Made by a program: the position numbers and the translations under genes. Source: an uncultured bacterium (GTDB lineage Bacteria; Hydrogenedentota; Hydrogenedentia; Hydrogenedentales; JAEUWI01). Taken from it: DNA of 35,640 nucleotides. Below are positions 8,457 to 16,792 of this stretch, piece by piece. The stretch is from positions 1-35,640 of the forward strand of contig CAXBPH010000041.1 in assembly GCA_963977445.1 (NCBI GenBank). The letters are read 5' to 3'. Each line of letters begins with the position of its first letter. Within the stretch, counting starts at the first letter, position 1. The notes beneath the pieces were generated by a model. That model was not told the DNA's origin and searched no databases. It saw nothing but the letters and a program-made list of their open reading frames with translations.

Positions 8457-11162
8457 CTATTTATTCGATGGCTCATACCGGATAGCGATATTGTCGTAGC
8501 AACTCGTGTGCTTCGCGGTATCTGATGGGCGAATGCGAAAGCCTACGCCGTTATCGGTATTGCCAGCGAGTCCGCTGGTGGCCTCGGCGACGACAGTGGG
8601 AAGTTCGCCTACCGGTTGCACCACAACGCGATAGCTGCCGTCCGACCTGTCCAGGGCCAGTTGTACGTGATTCCAAACGTCATAGGTTACGCGGACGTTG
8701 CTGTCAACGTAGTGGTCGCGATCCCAATAGCTCCATACGCCGTTACCCGCGCGTACACCCAAAACATGGGCGGCAGAACCAGCCTCATCAAGGCTCACCG
8801 TAGTCTGATGCTCCGATGTCGTTTTTGGGTCGGGAATGATGTACGGGTATGATTTGTCCGATCGGATAAACAGGTCGAAATCAAGAGTCATCGTGCCGCC
8901 ATCATCCAAGGGCACTTGGAATTCCGATAGGATTTCCGCGCCGCCATAAGCGCGTAGGCATTTTACGCCCGGACCATAGGAAGTATCGTTCTCGATGATA
9001 TAGCGATCCTCGGCATTGGAATCGACCCGCCAGCTACTACCGGTTAATGACTGCCGGCCCGCGATGGGCCCATCAACTTCATGGGCTTCGAAGTCGTCGG
9101 TGAGGCATTCGACGTTACCTGGTTTGGTGAAGTGCAGAGTAGGGGTCCAGTTCAGCGTGAGGTCGTCGAGATAGGTGACACTGTCGACGGGGCCTTCGGG
9201 AACAAAGGACACATAATTGAATATCCGATAGCTGGGCACTTCGATAGGGGTGTTGACACCATGTAGAACGACGAAGCGCTTCTCTGCGGGGGCATAGTTG
9301 ACGTCTCGGCAAAGGACCACGTCCTCGTCTGCACCAGCGGATGCGGTGTAGCTTCCTTCATCCAGGTTCACGTTGATGGTGTATTTCTGCCATTCGCCAA
9401 CGGGTGCGTTGTAATCGGAGGTGATCCATCGATCGCCCTCGCGATAGGAGAGCTGGCCCGTCCCGGGGGCGATATGTAAAGCTACATCCGTTTCGTAACC
9501 GATATTGCCCTGCAGATAGGCTGCCACACAACTGTCTTTACTGTCGCGCATAAGCCAGTACGTGTAGGTGCACGTGCCATTGGCGATGGCCACATCCAGG
9601 CTGTCGGTGTACTTGCTGCGATCCGGGGAACTGGCGTGCCAGCCAGACAAACTGCCGCTCCCATCGGCGGCGCTTGTCAACCGCACTGCGTTACCCGTAT
9701 TGCCGCGACGCGTTTCGGTCTGGACAACTGGTTGTGCATTGTCTCCCTCGCCAAATTTGAACCAGCAACCGGGGGCTGCCCGGAGATCGGGGACGTATTG
9801 CAGTACGCCCCAGCCACCGCCGTGACCACGACTCCGGACCGGGAAATCATCGAAATTCTGATCCAGAAATTTGATGTGGCCGAAGTCCTCGACATCCTGC
9901 ATGATTTGTCCCCAGCGTTGGTACCACGCGAGATGATAGGAGTCATACCAGACATCACAGCGCCAGCCATCGGAGCCGGTCCGAATGGTTTCATAGAAAT
10001 AGGCTGGCGCCCCAGAACTGATGAGTTTAATATCTGGATGAGCGCTCTTCGCAATATAGTCCCGCGCTACATCCAGGGAGACCGTACCTCGGTCGTGCCG
10101 CGCGCTGGTAAGGTAGCCTTTGGACGCCAACTCGAGATCGAGGGTCGCTTCGAAGGTGACAGGCAAGATAATTTCGTCCACCAATCCCTCATCGACCCAA
10201 GTGCGCCAATCCATGCGCCAATTGCCCAGTATAGGTCCAACATACTCGCCGCTCAGGGTCACTGCAAGGCGAATGTCGGGGTCGACGGCTTGAAGTGCCT
10301 GCCGTAGTTCGCGGTACAACTGAGTGACGTAGCCTCCGCGGAGGCTGCGCCAGTTTTCGACCATGGGGTCATGCAGATCGAAGCCCTCGCCATAAACATC
10401 AAAGCGCGGATCGGTCAGAATATCGACCCCGTAGCGCTCTTGCATAGCCTCCACCACAGGTGTGTTGAAACCATATTGGTCGGCCTTGTCGGGCGGGGGC
10501 AACACCTGGGTCGCTTCGCTGCGCATGCAGGCGACGAATCGCTTCAGGCCGAGCTCTTTCGCCATATACACAAACTCGGCCACTTTGGAGGCACGCGCGC
10601 CTTCATAGGCGTATTCGCGGACCATCCAAAATCGATTGCCCGCGCGGTCAACCGAAATGACTTCCGGATGTTCGGCGGTGTATTTGGCCACGTAGGACCA
10701 GGGAATCATTCTCCCCACGCCAGGGACACCCACGTCAGGCGGCGCGCCGTCACTGTAGATGTGGGGATGCCAGGACCAGAATTCAAAATCATGGCGGTCG
10801 GCGATCTGCTGTGCCACTTGGTGGAAGTCTGCCGGAAAACCCGCCATCACCTCATCGATGTAGCTCCAGGCGACCGCGAGGGTGGGGTTCGTTGTGGATA
10901 AGGGGTTTCGCCGTATAAATGGCTCGATCTGAGACAGATCGGTGCGCAGGTGGACTCCGGTGAAGCCTCTCCCTTTCCAGTGCTTGACCATGTGCTCGAA
11001 GGCAGCCGGAGAATCCATCGCCGCATTCGTTCCCGGCCCGTAGACCAGCGTCATGTCGCCCCAACTGGGTATGACGTTCATCTTGGTTTCTTGAGGAAGC
11101 TCCGCATGCGCGAATTCGTTCGCTGCAAGGTTTAACAGAAACAGGATGGCGAGTCGTTTCAC
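8457..11162 (-). CDS. Secreted putative glycoside hydrolase (TIM-barrel-like N-terminal half) with two C-terminal beta-sandwich-like modules, 901 aa
   Basis: Signal peptide MKRLAILFLLNLAANEFAHA. YGFNTPVVEAMQERYGVDIL, W..LRGGYVTQLYRELRQ and DWRTWVDEGLVDEI resemble GHL10/DUF187-type barrels. Two modules begin with NFDDF/DDFEAH and end with YLDDL/YDNI. GTG start with AAGGA RBS. Confidence 0.6.
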   Translation of the reverse strand: MKRLAILFLLNLAANEFAHAELPQETKMNVIPSWGDMTLVYGPGTNAAMDSPAAFEHMVKHWKGRGFTGVHLRTDLSQIEPFIRRNPLSTTNPTLAVAWSYIDEVMAGFPADFHQVAQQIADRHDFEFWSWHPHIYSDGAPPDVGVPGVGRMIPWSYVAKYTAEHPEVISVDRAGNRFWMVREYAYEGARASKVAEFVYMAKELGLKRFVACMRSEATQVLPPPDKADQYGFNTPVVEAMQERYGVDILTDPRFDVYGEGFDLHDPMVENWRSLRGGYVTQLYRELRQALQAVDPDIRLAVTLSGEYVGPILGNWRMDWRTWVDEGLVDEIILPVTFEATLDLELASKGYLTSARHDRGTVSLDVARDYIAKSAHPDIKLISSGAPAYFYETIRTGSDGWRCDVWYDSYHLAWYQRWGQIMQDVEDFGHIKFLDQNFDDFPVRSRGHGGGWGVLQYVPDLRAAPGCWFKFGEGDNAQPVVQTETRRGNTGNAVRLTSAADGSGSLSGWHASSPDRSKYTDSLDVAIANGTCTYTYWLMRDSKDSCVAAYLQGNIGYETDVALHIAPGTGQLSYREGDRWITSDYNAPVGEWQKYTINVNLDEGSYTASAGADEDVVLCRDVNYAPAEKRFVVLHGVNTPIEVPSYRIFNYVSFVPEGPVDSVTYLDDLTLNWTPTLHFTKPGNVECLTDDFEAHEVDGPIAGRQSLTGSSWRVDSNAEDRYIIENDTSYGPGVKCLRAYGGAEILSEFQVPLDDGGTMTLDFDLFIRSDKSYPYIIPDPKTTSEHQTTVSLDEAGSAAHVLGVRAGNGVWSYWDRDHYVDSNVRVTYDVWNHVQLALDRSDGSYRVVVQPVGELPTVVAEATSGLAGNTDNGVGFRIRPSDTAKHTSCYDNIAIRYEPSNK

Positions 11163-11271
11163 GAAAATCCTTTTTTGAGCTCAGGCGTTCTTCCTGGAGA
11201 ATGAGTGCCGCTGATGGACAAGGAGTTATAGGTAAAGAAAATTGGATGTTTGTTGTGACGATTGCGGCTGT

Positions 11272-11304
11272 AGCATAGCGGTTGAAAAATGGATTCTCAA
11301 CCGC
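11272..11304 (-). promoter_or_regulatory. Sigma70-type promoter for the glycoside-hydrolase-like gene, overlapped by an inverted repeat
   Basis: Minus strand TTGAGA-N17-TATGCT. The inverted repeat GCGGTTGA-N11-TCAACCGC (11278-11304) covers the spacer and part of the -35. Confidence 0.55.
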
Positions 11305-11575
11305 GTTAGGAGTGCATAGGATTTCATCACGGTGTAGTGCCTATCCCCGCCACCGCCGTTGCGCTTTACGACGACGATTTGCCAGGCGCTGTTCGCAGAT
11401 CTCAGTCACGTCGCCCGGGAGCGATGTCTTGCGACGAATAACGAATAGGAGATGACACCAAGGCATGGCGGACAATGCGGAGGAAAACACCACAGCAAGT
11501 CCTGCCATACCTACATGAACAAGTATTTAGAAACCACAAACTGTCGTTGTTGTATGCGGGGTCAGGTGTCTGACT

Positions 11576-11625
11576 CCTAGGCGCTCCAATTACGCTCAGG
11601 GCGGGAACGGAGGCTGTTGGCTTCG
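11576..11625 (-). repeat. Displaced copy of the last ~16 codons of the Gfo/Idh/MocA gene (direct repeat with 16792-16841)
   Basis: 48/50 nt identical to 16792-16841 and encodes EANSLRSRPERNWSA*. Both mismatches are synonymous Arg codons. Confidence 0.93.
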
Positions 11626-11720
11626 CCACCGTAACTCCGTCCATACCCACGAGTAAGAACATTCTGGAACCACTACGAATACGTGCGAACGACGAGCTCT
11701 TTCCTACGGTTAGCAATGTC

Positions 11721-11776
11721 GCTTTGCCAAAGCTTTGCCGAAGCTTTGCGTGGATTGCGTTTCCGGCCGGTATAAT
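11721..11776 (+). promoter_or_regulatory. Three GCTTTGC direct repeats at 11-bp period upstream of a perfect TATAAT
   Basis: GCTTTGC at 11721, 11732 and 11743; TATAAT at 11771-11776; lies upstream of the kinase operon. Confidence 0.45.
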
Positions 11777-12031
11777 TACATTTATCCCACAGGCCTCGCC
11801 GGGTACGACCTCCGAAAGATGACCTCGACCGGCAACGCCGACCCACCAACGTCCGAAAGGCACCAGTCATGGGTTGCTGGCAAACTTCAGTAGCGCTATG
11901 GCTACGACCACAAGTGCGTTCTCAATCCTTCCTGAATAGAATGTGGCTCGCGCCAACTTGGCCTCCAATCGCGATGCATTGTCATCAGAAGGAATTATGG
12001 CACGCCGTAATTCGGACGAAAGGAAGCTCCT

Positions 12032-13684
12032 ATGAGTGCTGCACCAGCTATAACCGGTGATAGTAAGAGGATTCCGTTCAGAATTTCCGGTTACATACTA
12101 ATCGTTTCGTCACTTTTTGTCTTGTTCCTGGTTGCGATCAATTCGACGTGGCAAGGAAGTTCCCAAATTCATACGAGCATGGAGATTTTCAGTGCAACAA
12201 TCGCCGCCGTGGTGAGTGCGCTGTCTTTCGTACGTTTCTATTCCGATAAAAGCTATCTCTATCTCTTCTTGGCCTCTGGTTTCCTGGCGACCACGTTTCT
12301 CGATGGCTACCACGCGATTGTTACGAGTTCAGCAATGGAGGGGATTCTGCCCTCGGCCCAGGAAGCGTTGATTCCCTGGAGCTGGAATGCCTCACGATGC
12401 TTTCTTGGAGTTCTATTGTGCATGGCCGCATGGCCACACCGTCGTGATTCCTACCTTATGAAGGTCAACCGTTCCCCCGAACGTATAATCTATCTTATCG
12501 TGGGAATTGTTGCCGTTTTCTGCTTCCTGCTATTCACAATAATTCCTCTTCCAAATGCACACTTTCGCGACATGATTCTTTTGAGTCGGCCCCAGGAACA
12601 CATCGCGGGGATATTGCTCCTCATTGCGCTCGTGGGTTTTTTGAGGGATGGACGCTGGAAAACAAATTCCTTTGAGCACTGGATAGTGATTTCATTGTTG
12701 ATCGGGATCGCGTGCCAATCGCTCTTCATGGCATCTTCCTTTGGGCTCTTCAACATAATGTTCGATATCGCACATTCATTGAAAGCCCTAAGTTACATTT
12801 GTGTGCTCGTCGCCCTGCTCTCAAGTTCTTTTTCACTTTTCAAGGATGAACGTGATGGTCGAGCCGCTCTTGCCCTGGTACTGGAATCTCTCTACGAAGA
12901 AGTCGATGCGAGAAAAGTGGCAGAAGCAGAATTGCTTCAACGTAAGAATCAGCTGGAGCTGGAGGTTCAGAAACGTACCACGGAACTCTCCGAAACCAAT
13001 AACAATCTGGAAACCATGCTCTACGTTGCATCCCATGATTTACGCGAGCCGTTGAGGAGTATGCAGAATTTTTCAAGTCTCGTCCTTGATCGTTATGCGG
13101 ATAAACTTGATGAAAAAGGAGTCGACTTTCTCACCAGAATCGTGCGCGCAGGCGAGCGCATGGACCGACTGATGGAGGAGATTCTTATGGTATCGCGAGC
13201 AAGACGTATGATTAAACCTAATAAGCTTGTTGGCGCAAGAGTTCTGATTGACGAAGCCGTCGAATCGTTAAGGGGTCGCATCTCCTCCACGAATGCTCGA
13301 ATTGAAATCATGGATACGCTTCCTGCCCTGTACGTTGACCGGGTGTGGGCTACACAGATAATTCAAAATCTCCTCGCCAATGCGCTTAAGTTCGTGGAGC
13401 CCGGGGAACCACCAGACATAACGATCGAAGCCTATCGCGTCGCGACGGAACCTAATGCGACTGGTCTTGCAATTAAGGACCGCGGAACTGGAGTGCCTGA
13501 GAATCAGTCCGAACGGATTTTCGGGCTGTTCCAACGGGGTGTCGCTCGATCCGTCGAAGGAACGGGTGCAGGATTGGCAATCGTGCGTCAAATCGTTGAT
13601 AAGCATGATGGCTCAGTGAAGGTTGTTCCACGCCAAGGTGGCGGATCTGTATTCACCGTCACATTCGGCGCGGCGAGGGATTAA
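12032..13684 (+). CDS. Membrane sensor histidine kinase with MASE3-like multi-TM N-terminus and Cph1-type HisKA/HATPase, 550 aa
   Basis: About 8 hydrophobic segments (HTSMEIFS..., FLDGYHA), H-box ASHDLREPLR, N-box QNLLANALKF, G-boxes DRGTGV and GTGAGLAIV. Confidence 0.9.
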   Translation: MSAAPAITGDSKRIPFRISGYILIVSSLFVLFLVAINSTWQGSSQIHTSMEIFSATIAAVVSALSFVRFYSDKSYLYLFLASGFLATTFLDGYHAIVTSSAMEGILPSAQEALIPWSWNASRCFLGVLLCMAAWPHRRDSYLMKVNRSPERIIYLIVGIVAVFCFLLFTIIPLPNAHFRDMILLSRPQEHIAGILLLIALVGFLRDGRWKTNSFEHWIVISLLIGIACQSLFMASSFGLFNIMFDIAHSLKALSYICVLVALLSSSFSLFKDERDGRAALALVLESLYEEVDARKVAEAELLQRKNQLELEVQKRTTELSETNNNLETMLYVASHDLREPLRSMQNFSSLVLDRYADKLDEKGVDFLTRIVRAGERMDRLMEEILMVSRARRMIKPNKLVGARVLIDEAVESLRGRISSTNARIEIMDTLPALYVDRVWATQIIQNLLANALKFVEPGEPPDITIEAYRVATEPNATGLAIKDRGTGVPENQSERIFGLFQRGVARSVEGTGAGLAIVRQIVDKHDGSVKVVPRQGGGSVFTVTFGAARD

Positions 13685-13758
13685 GTGTGGCTCGAACAGC
13701 CATCAGCGAATGAATCGTAGCGAATCCGCTACGGCTCAACCTTAAAGGGAGAGATTCT

Positions 13759-14196
13759 ATGGACGCGAAGCCGCTGGAGATACTGTTAGTAGAAGACAAT
13801 GAGGATGATGCCGTTCTCATCCAGGAAGGATTCCACAGCATTCGTCTTATGAATGTCGTTCAGGTAGTTAGAGATGGTATCGAAGCAATGGACTATCTCA
13901 AAAAACGACCCCCTTATGAAAACGTAGCCAAGCCGGGAATTGTCCTCCTCGATATCAACATGCCGAGAATGAATGGCTTTGAAGTTTTGCAGGCGATGAA
14001 GGCCGATACGGAATTGAAACCTATTCCAGTCGTGATGTTGACGACCAGCAGTAGAGAAGAAGACGTCGTAAAGGCGTTTTCCGATGGGGCAGCGTCGTAC
14101 ATTTCCAAACCGGCCGGATTGGGTGCGCTCAATGACGTTGTAGCGCAGTTTGGGCTGTACTGGACGATTACGTCGAAAACGCCTAGAACGGAATGA
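13759..14196 (+). CDS. Single-domain response regulator (Rcp1-like), 145 aa
   Basis: ILLVEDNEDD, LLDINMPRMNG, PVVMLTTS, YISKP and a C-terminal YW. Confidence 0.93.
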   Translation: MDAKPLEILLVEDNEDDAVLIQEGFHSIRLMNVVQVVRDGIEAMDYLKKRPPYENVAKPGIVLLDINMPRMNGFEVLQAMKADTELKPIPVVMLTTSSREEDVVKAFSDGAASYISKPAGLGALNDVVAQFGLYWTITSKTPRTE

Positions 14197-14200
14197 ATAC

Positions 14201-16477
14201 GTGAAAATCCTACTCATTGAAGACAATGAAGACGATGTCGTTTTCATTGAGGAAATGCTCGGAACATGTGAAACTACTATCACGTCAGCATGTTCGATGG
14301 CGGATGGACTACGCGAGCTTGATGACGCCCATTTCGACGTTATCTTGGAAGATCTTGGTCTACCGGACAGTTCTGGAACTGATGGCGTCAAGAGATTACA
14401 TTTATCACATCCTATAACGCCCATTGTGGTGTTGACGGGCCTCAATGATGAAGTCGTCGGGCAAGAATCCATTAGGTCAGGAGCGATGGACTATGTTCCG
14501 AAAGAATTGGTAACGAAAGATTTCCTGGTTCGCACCATTCACTATGCGATTGAGCGAAATCGCTCCAATATTGACTTGCAGATTTCGAATGAGCGGCTCG
14601 AATTAGCAATTGATTCCGCAGAAGCAGGTATTTGGGACATCGACTTGCTGACAAACTCTGTCTACTGGTCGACTCGCTGGAAAAAGATTCTCGGGTACGC
14701 AAACGATGAAATCTCGGGCAGTTTAGAAGAATGGGCTCGTCGTCTTCATGCCAATTATCGTGAAGACGTGATGCAAATGCTCAGCGGAAAATTCGCGATC
14801 GATCGATCCAATAGTAACATCGAATTCCAGCTCCTTCATCGAGATGGTACCTATCGATGGATCAACTCATCCATTAAGACCATTCGAGATCAAAAGGACA
14901 ACATCGTGCGAATCCTTGGATGTGGAATGGATATTACCGATCGAAAACTCGAAGAGCGGGAGCGTAGGCAGTTAGCGGCGGTCGTCAGAAATACAAAGGA
15001 GCCGATACTCATAACGGATACTGAGGGGGTTGTCCAATATGCCAACCCAGCATTCGAAACGACAACTGGACAGATGTTGGAGGAGATTATAGGAAAACCC
15101 CATCGTTTTTTTACAGAGGATTCCAACATATCGTCAACACTTTCCTCTGTCCAGGAGATGTTGGCCATCGGGCGCTCGTGGATTGGAGCGGCCCGAAGCT
15201 CAAGCGCAGACGATTCGGCGTTTGATCTCGAGTTAACAATGTCGCCAATTGTGGATGGAAATGATGAGTGTTCCCAAATACTAATCGTCGGCCGAAGCTC
15301 GACAGAGCGCACTATCACGGAACAACAGTTGCGCCAATCACAGAAAATGGAATCCATTGGCACATTGGCAGGTGGAATTGCTCACGATTTCAACAATATC
15401 CTATCCTCGATTATTGGCTATACCGAGTTGGTATACGATGACCTCCCAGCGGAAAGCCCCCAGAAACCTGATCTTGCGGTGGTTCTTGACGCATCGACCC
15501 GGGCAAAGGATCTTGTACGTCAAATTCTGCTTTTTAGTCGGCCGGGAGCCGACGAACATAAGAAACTTGACGTAAGAACGATCGTGGGTGAAACCGTTCA
15601 AATGCTTAAGGGTGTGCTTCCCTCCACCGTGACTCTCATCGAGCACAAATGCACAGACGAATGCATGATCTTTGCGGATGCCACCCAGATTCATCAGACT
15701 ATTATGAATCTGGGCACCAACGCGTTCCACGCTTTACCTGACGATAGAGGTACGATTACGGTTTCTGTCACCATCGAGAGGACTACCCGTCCTATCATCG
15801 GCGTTTCAAACTCGCTACCCACGGGCGCATATGTGCGTATCTGCGTTCATGATAATGGCACCGGAATTGAATCGAGTATTTGCGATCAAATATTCGATCC
15901 CTTTTTTACCACAAAATCGCCTGGAGTGGGGACTGGGCTCGGCCTCTCCACGACACATGGAATTGTGCGACTACACAATGGTGCAATGACGTTGGAAAGT
16001 GATGTTGGCGTTGGAACGCGGTTTAGCATTTTTCTGCCGCTATTTGAGGAGAACGCGCCATCGGATTTAATAGCACCCCTCGATATCATATCGGGTGGTG
16101 GTGAGCGCATTCTCGTCGTTGATGATGAGCTCGCTATTGCACGCCTGCATGGACGTTTACTAAAAAAGCACGGTTACCACGTGGATGTTTATACAGATTC
16201 CGTGGAAGCGCTGGCCCGCATTAACGAGAGACCGAATGAATATGATCTTTTGCTTGTAGATTACACAATGCCAGAAGTTACAGGAATTGATCTGGTCGAT
16301 GCTGTCCACGATTCGGGCGCTGCAACGTCAGTGATTATCTGTTCAGGAAATGAAACGGTATTAGAGACGCTTCCTAGAATTGCGGAAAGTAGATGCGGCT
16401 GGCTGGCGAAACCGATATCCGAACGCATTTTGCTGAAAAGCGTACGTGATCTATTGGACAGAAGTTATCCTTCCTGA
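14201..16477 (+). CDS. Cytoplasmic hybrid histidine kinase REC-PAS-PAS-HisKA-HATPase-REC, ~758 aa
   Basis: GTG start 4 nt after the upstream stop; the ORF-track start at 14150 overlaps the previous gene. DLGLPD receiver, PAS/PAC motifs, H-box AGGIAHDFNNIL, FDPFFTTK..GTGLGL, and a terminal receiver VVDDE...DYTMP...KP. Confidence 0.92.
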   Translation: MKILLIEDNEDDVVFIEEMLGTCETTITSACSMADGLRELDDAHFDVILEDLGLPDSSGTDGVKRLHLSHPITPIVVLTGLNDEVVGQESIRSGAMDYVPKELVTKDFLVRTIHYAIERNRSNIDLQISNERLELAIDSAEAGIWDIDLLTNSVYWSTRWKKILGYANDEISGSLEEWARRLHANYREDVMQMLSGKFAIDRSNSNIEFQLLHRDGTYRWINSSIKTIRDQKDNIVRILGCGMDITDRKLEERERRQLAAVVRNTKEPILITDTEGVVQYANPAFETTTGQMLEEIIGKPHRFFTEDSNISSTLSSVQEMLAIGRSWIGAARSSSADDSAFDLELTMSPIVDGNDECSQILIVGRSSTERTITEQQLRQSQKMESIGTLAGGIAHDFNNILSSIIGYTELVYDDLPAESPQKPDLAVVLDASTRAKDLVRQILLFSRPGADEHKKLDVRTIVGETVQMLKGVLPSTVTLIEHKCTDECMIFADATQIHQTIMNLGTNAFHALPDDRGTITVSVTIERTTRPIIGVSNSLPTGAYVRICVHDNGTGIESSICDQIFDPFFTTKSPGVGTGLGLSTTHGIVRLHNGAMTLESDVGVGTRFSIFLPLFEENAPSDLIAPLDIISGGGERILVVDDELAIARLHGRLLKKHGYHVDVYTDSVEALARINERPNEYDLLLVDYTMPEVTGIDLVDAVHDSGAATSVIICSGNETVLETLPRIAESRCGWLAKPISERILLKSVRDLLDRSYPS

Positions 16478-16613
16478 AAACTCTACTTTAGAGCTGTCCC
16501 CTTGACAGGGAAGCTTACGCAGGGACGGGAAGTAGGCATAGAGTATTCGGCGAAATAAAGGGGAGCTTGGGTCTGGGGTAGACCGCTTTCATCTCATTCT
16601 TTGAGCACCGAGC

Positions 16614-16650
16614 GTACCACGGTCAAGCCCTGAGGGCTTGACCGTGGTAC
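16614..16650. repeat. Perfect 17-bp inverted repeat (REP-like palindrome) between convergent genes
   Basis: GTACCACGGTCAAGCCC-TGA-GGGCTTGACCGTGGTAC, with no U-tract on either side. Confidence 0.8.
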
Positions 16651-16792
16651 CCACATATCCCTGCCCACGCCAAACGGGTGCATCGGCTATGATGATGTTC
16701 TGTGGGAAGCGTTCTTGAAGACTTCTTGTGTTTTTATAAGGCCCTCCGAGGGAGGGAAAAACTCATACATTCCCGTTGTGTCGTTTAGGCGC

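Noticed and set aside
11402..11863. 153-aa minus-strand ORF
   Set aside because: It spans the repeat junction and a putative promoter, has no recognisable motif or RBS, and is not in the frame of the duplicated gene end.
11998..12014. Sigma-54 promoter at TGGCAC
   Set aside because: No TTGC at the -12 position.
16569..16584. Short GGTCT/AGACC hairpin as an IS end
   Set aside because: Only 5-bp arms and no transposase nearby; indistinguishable from chance.
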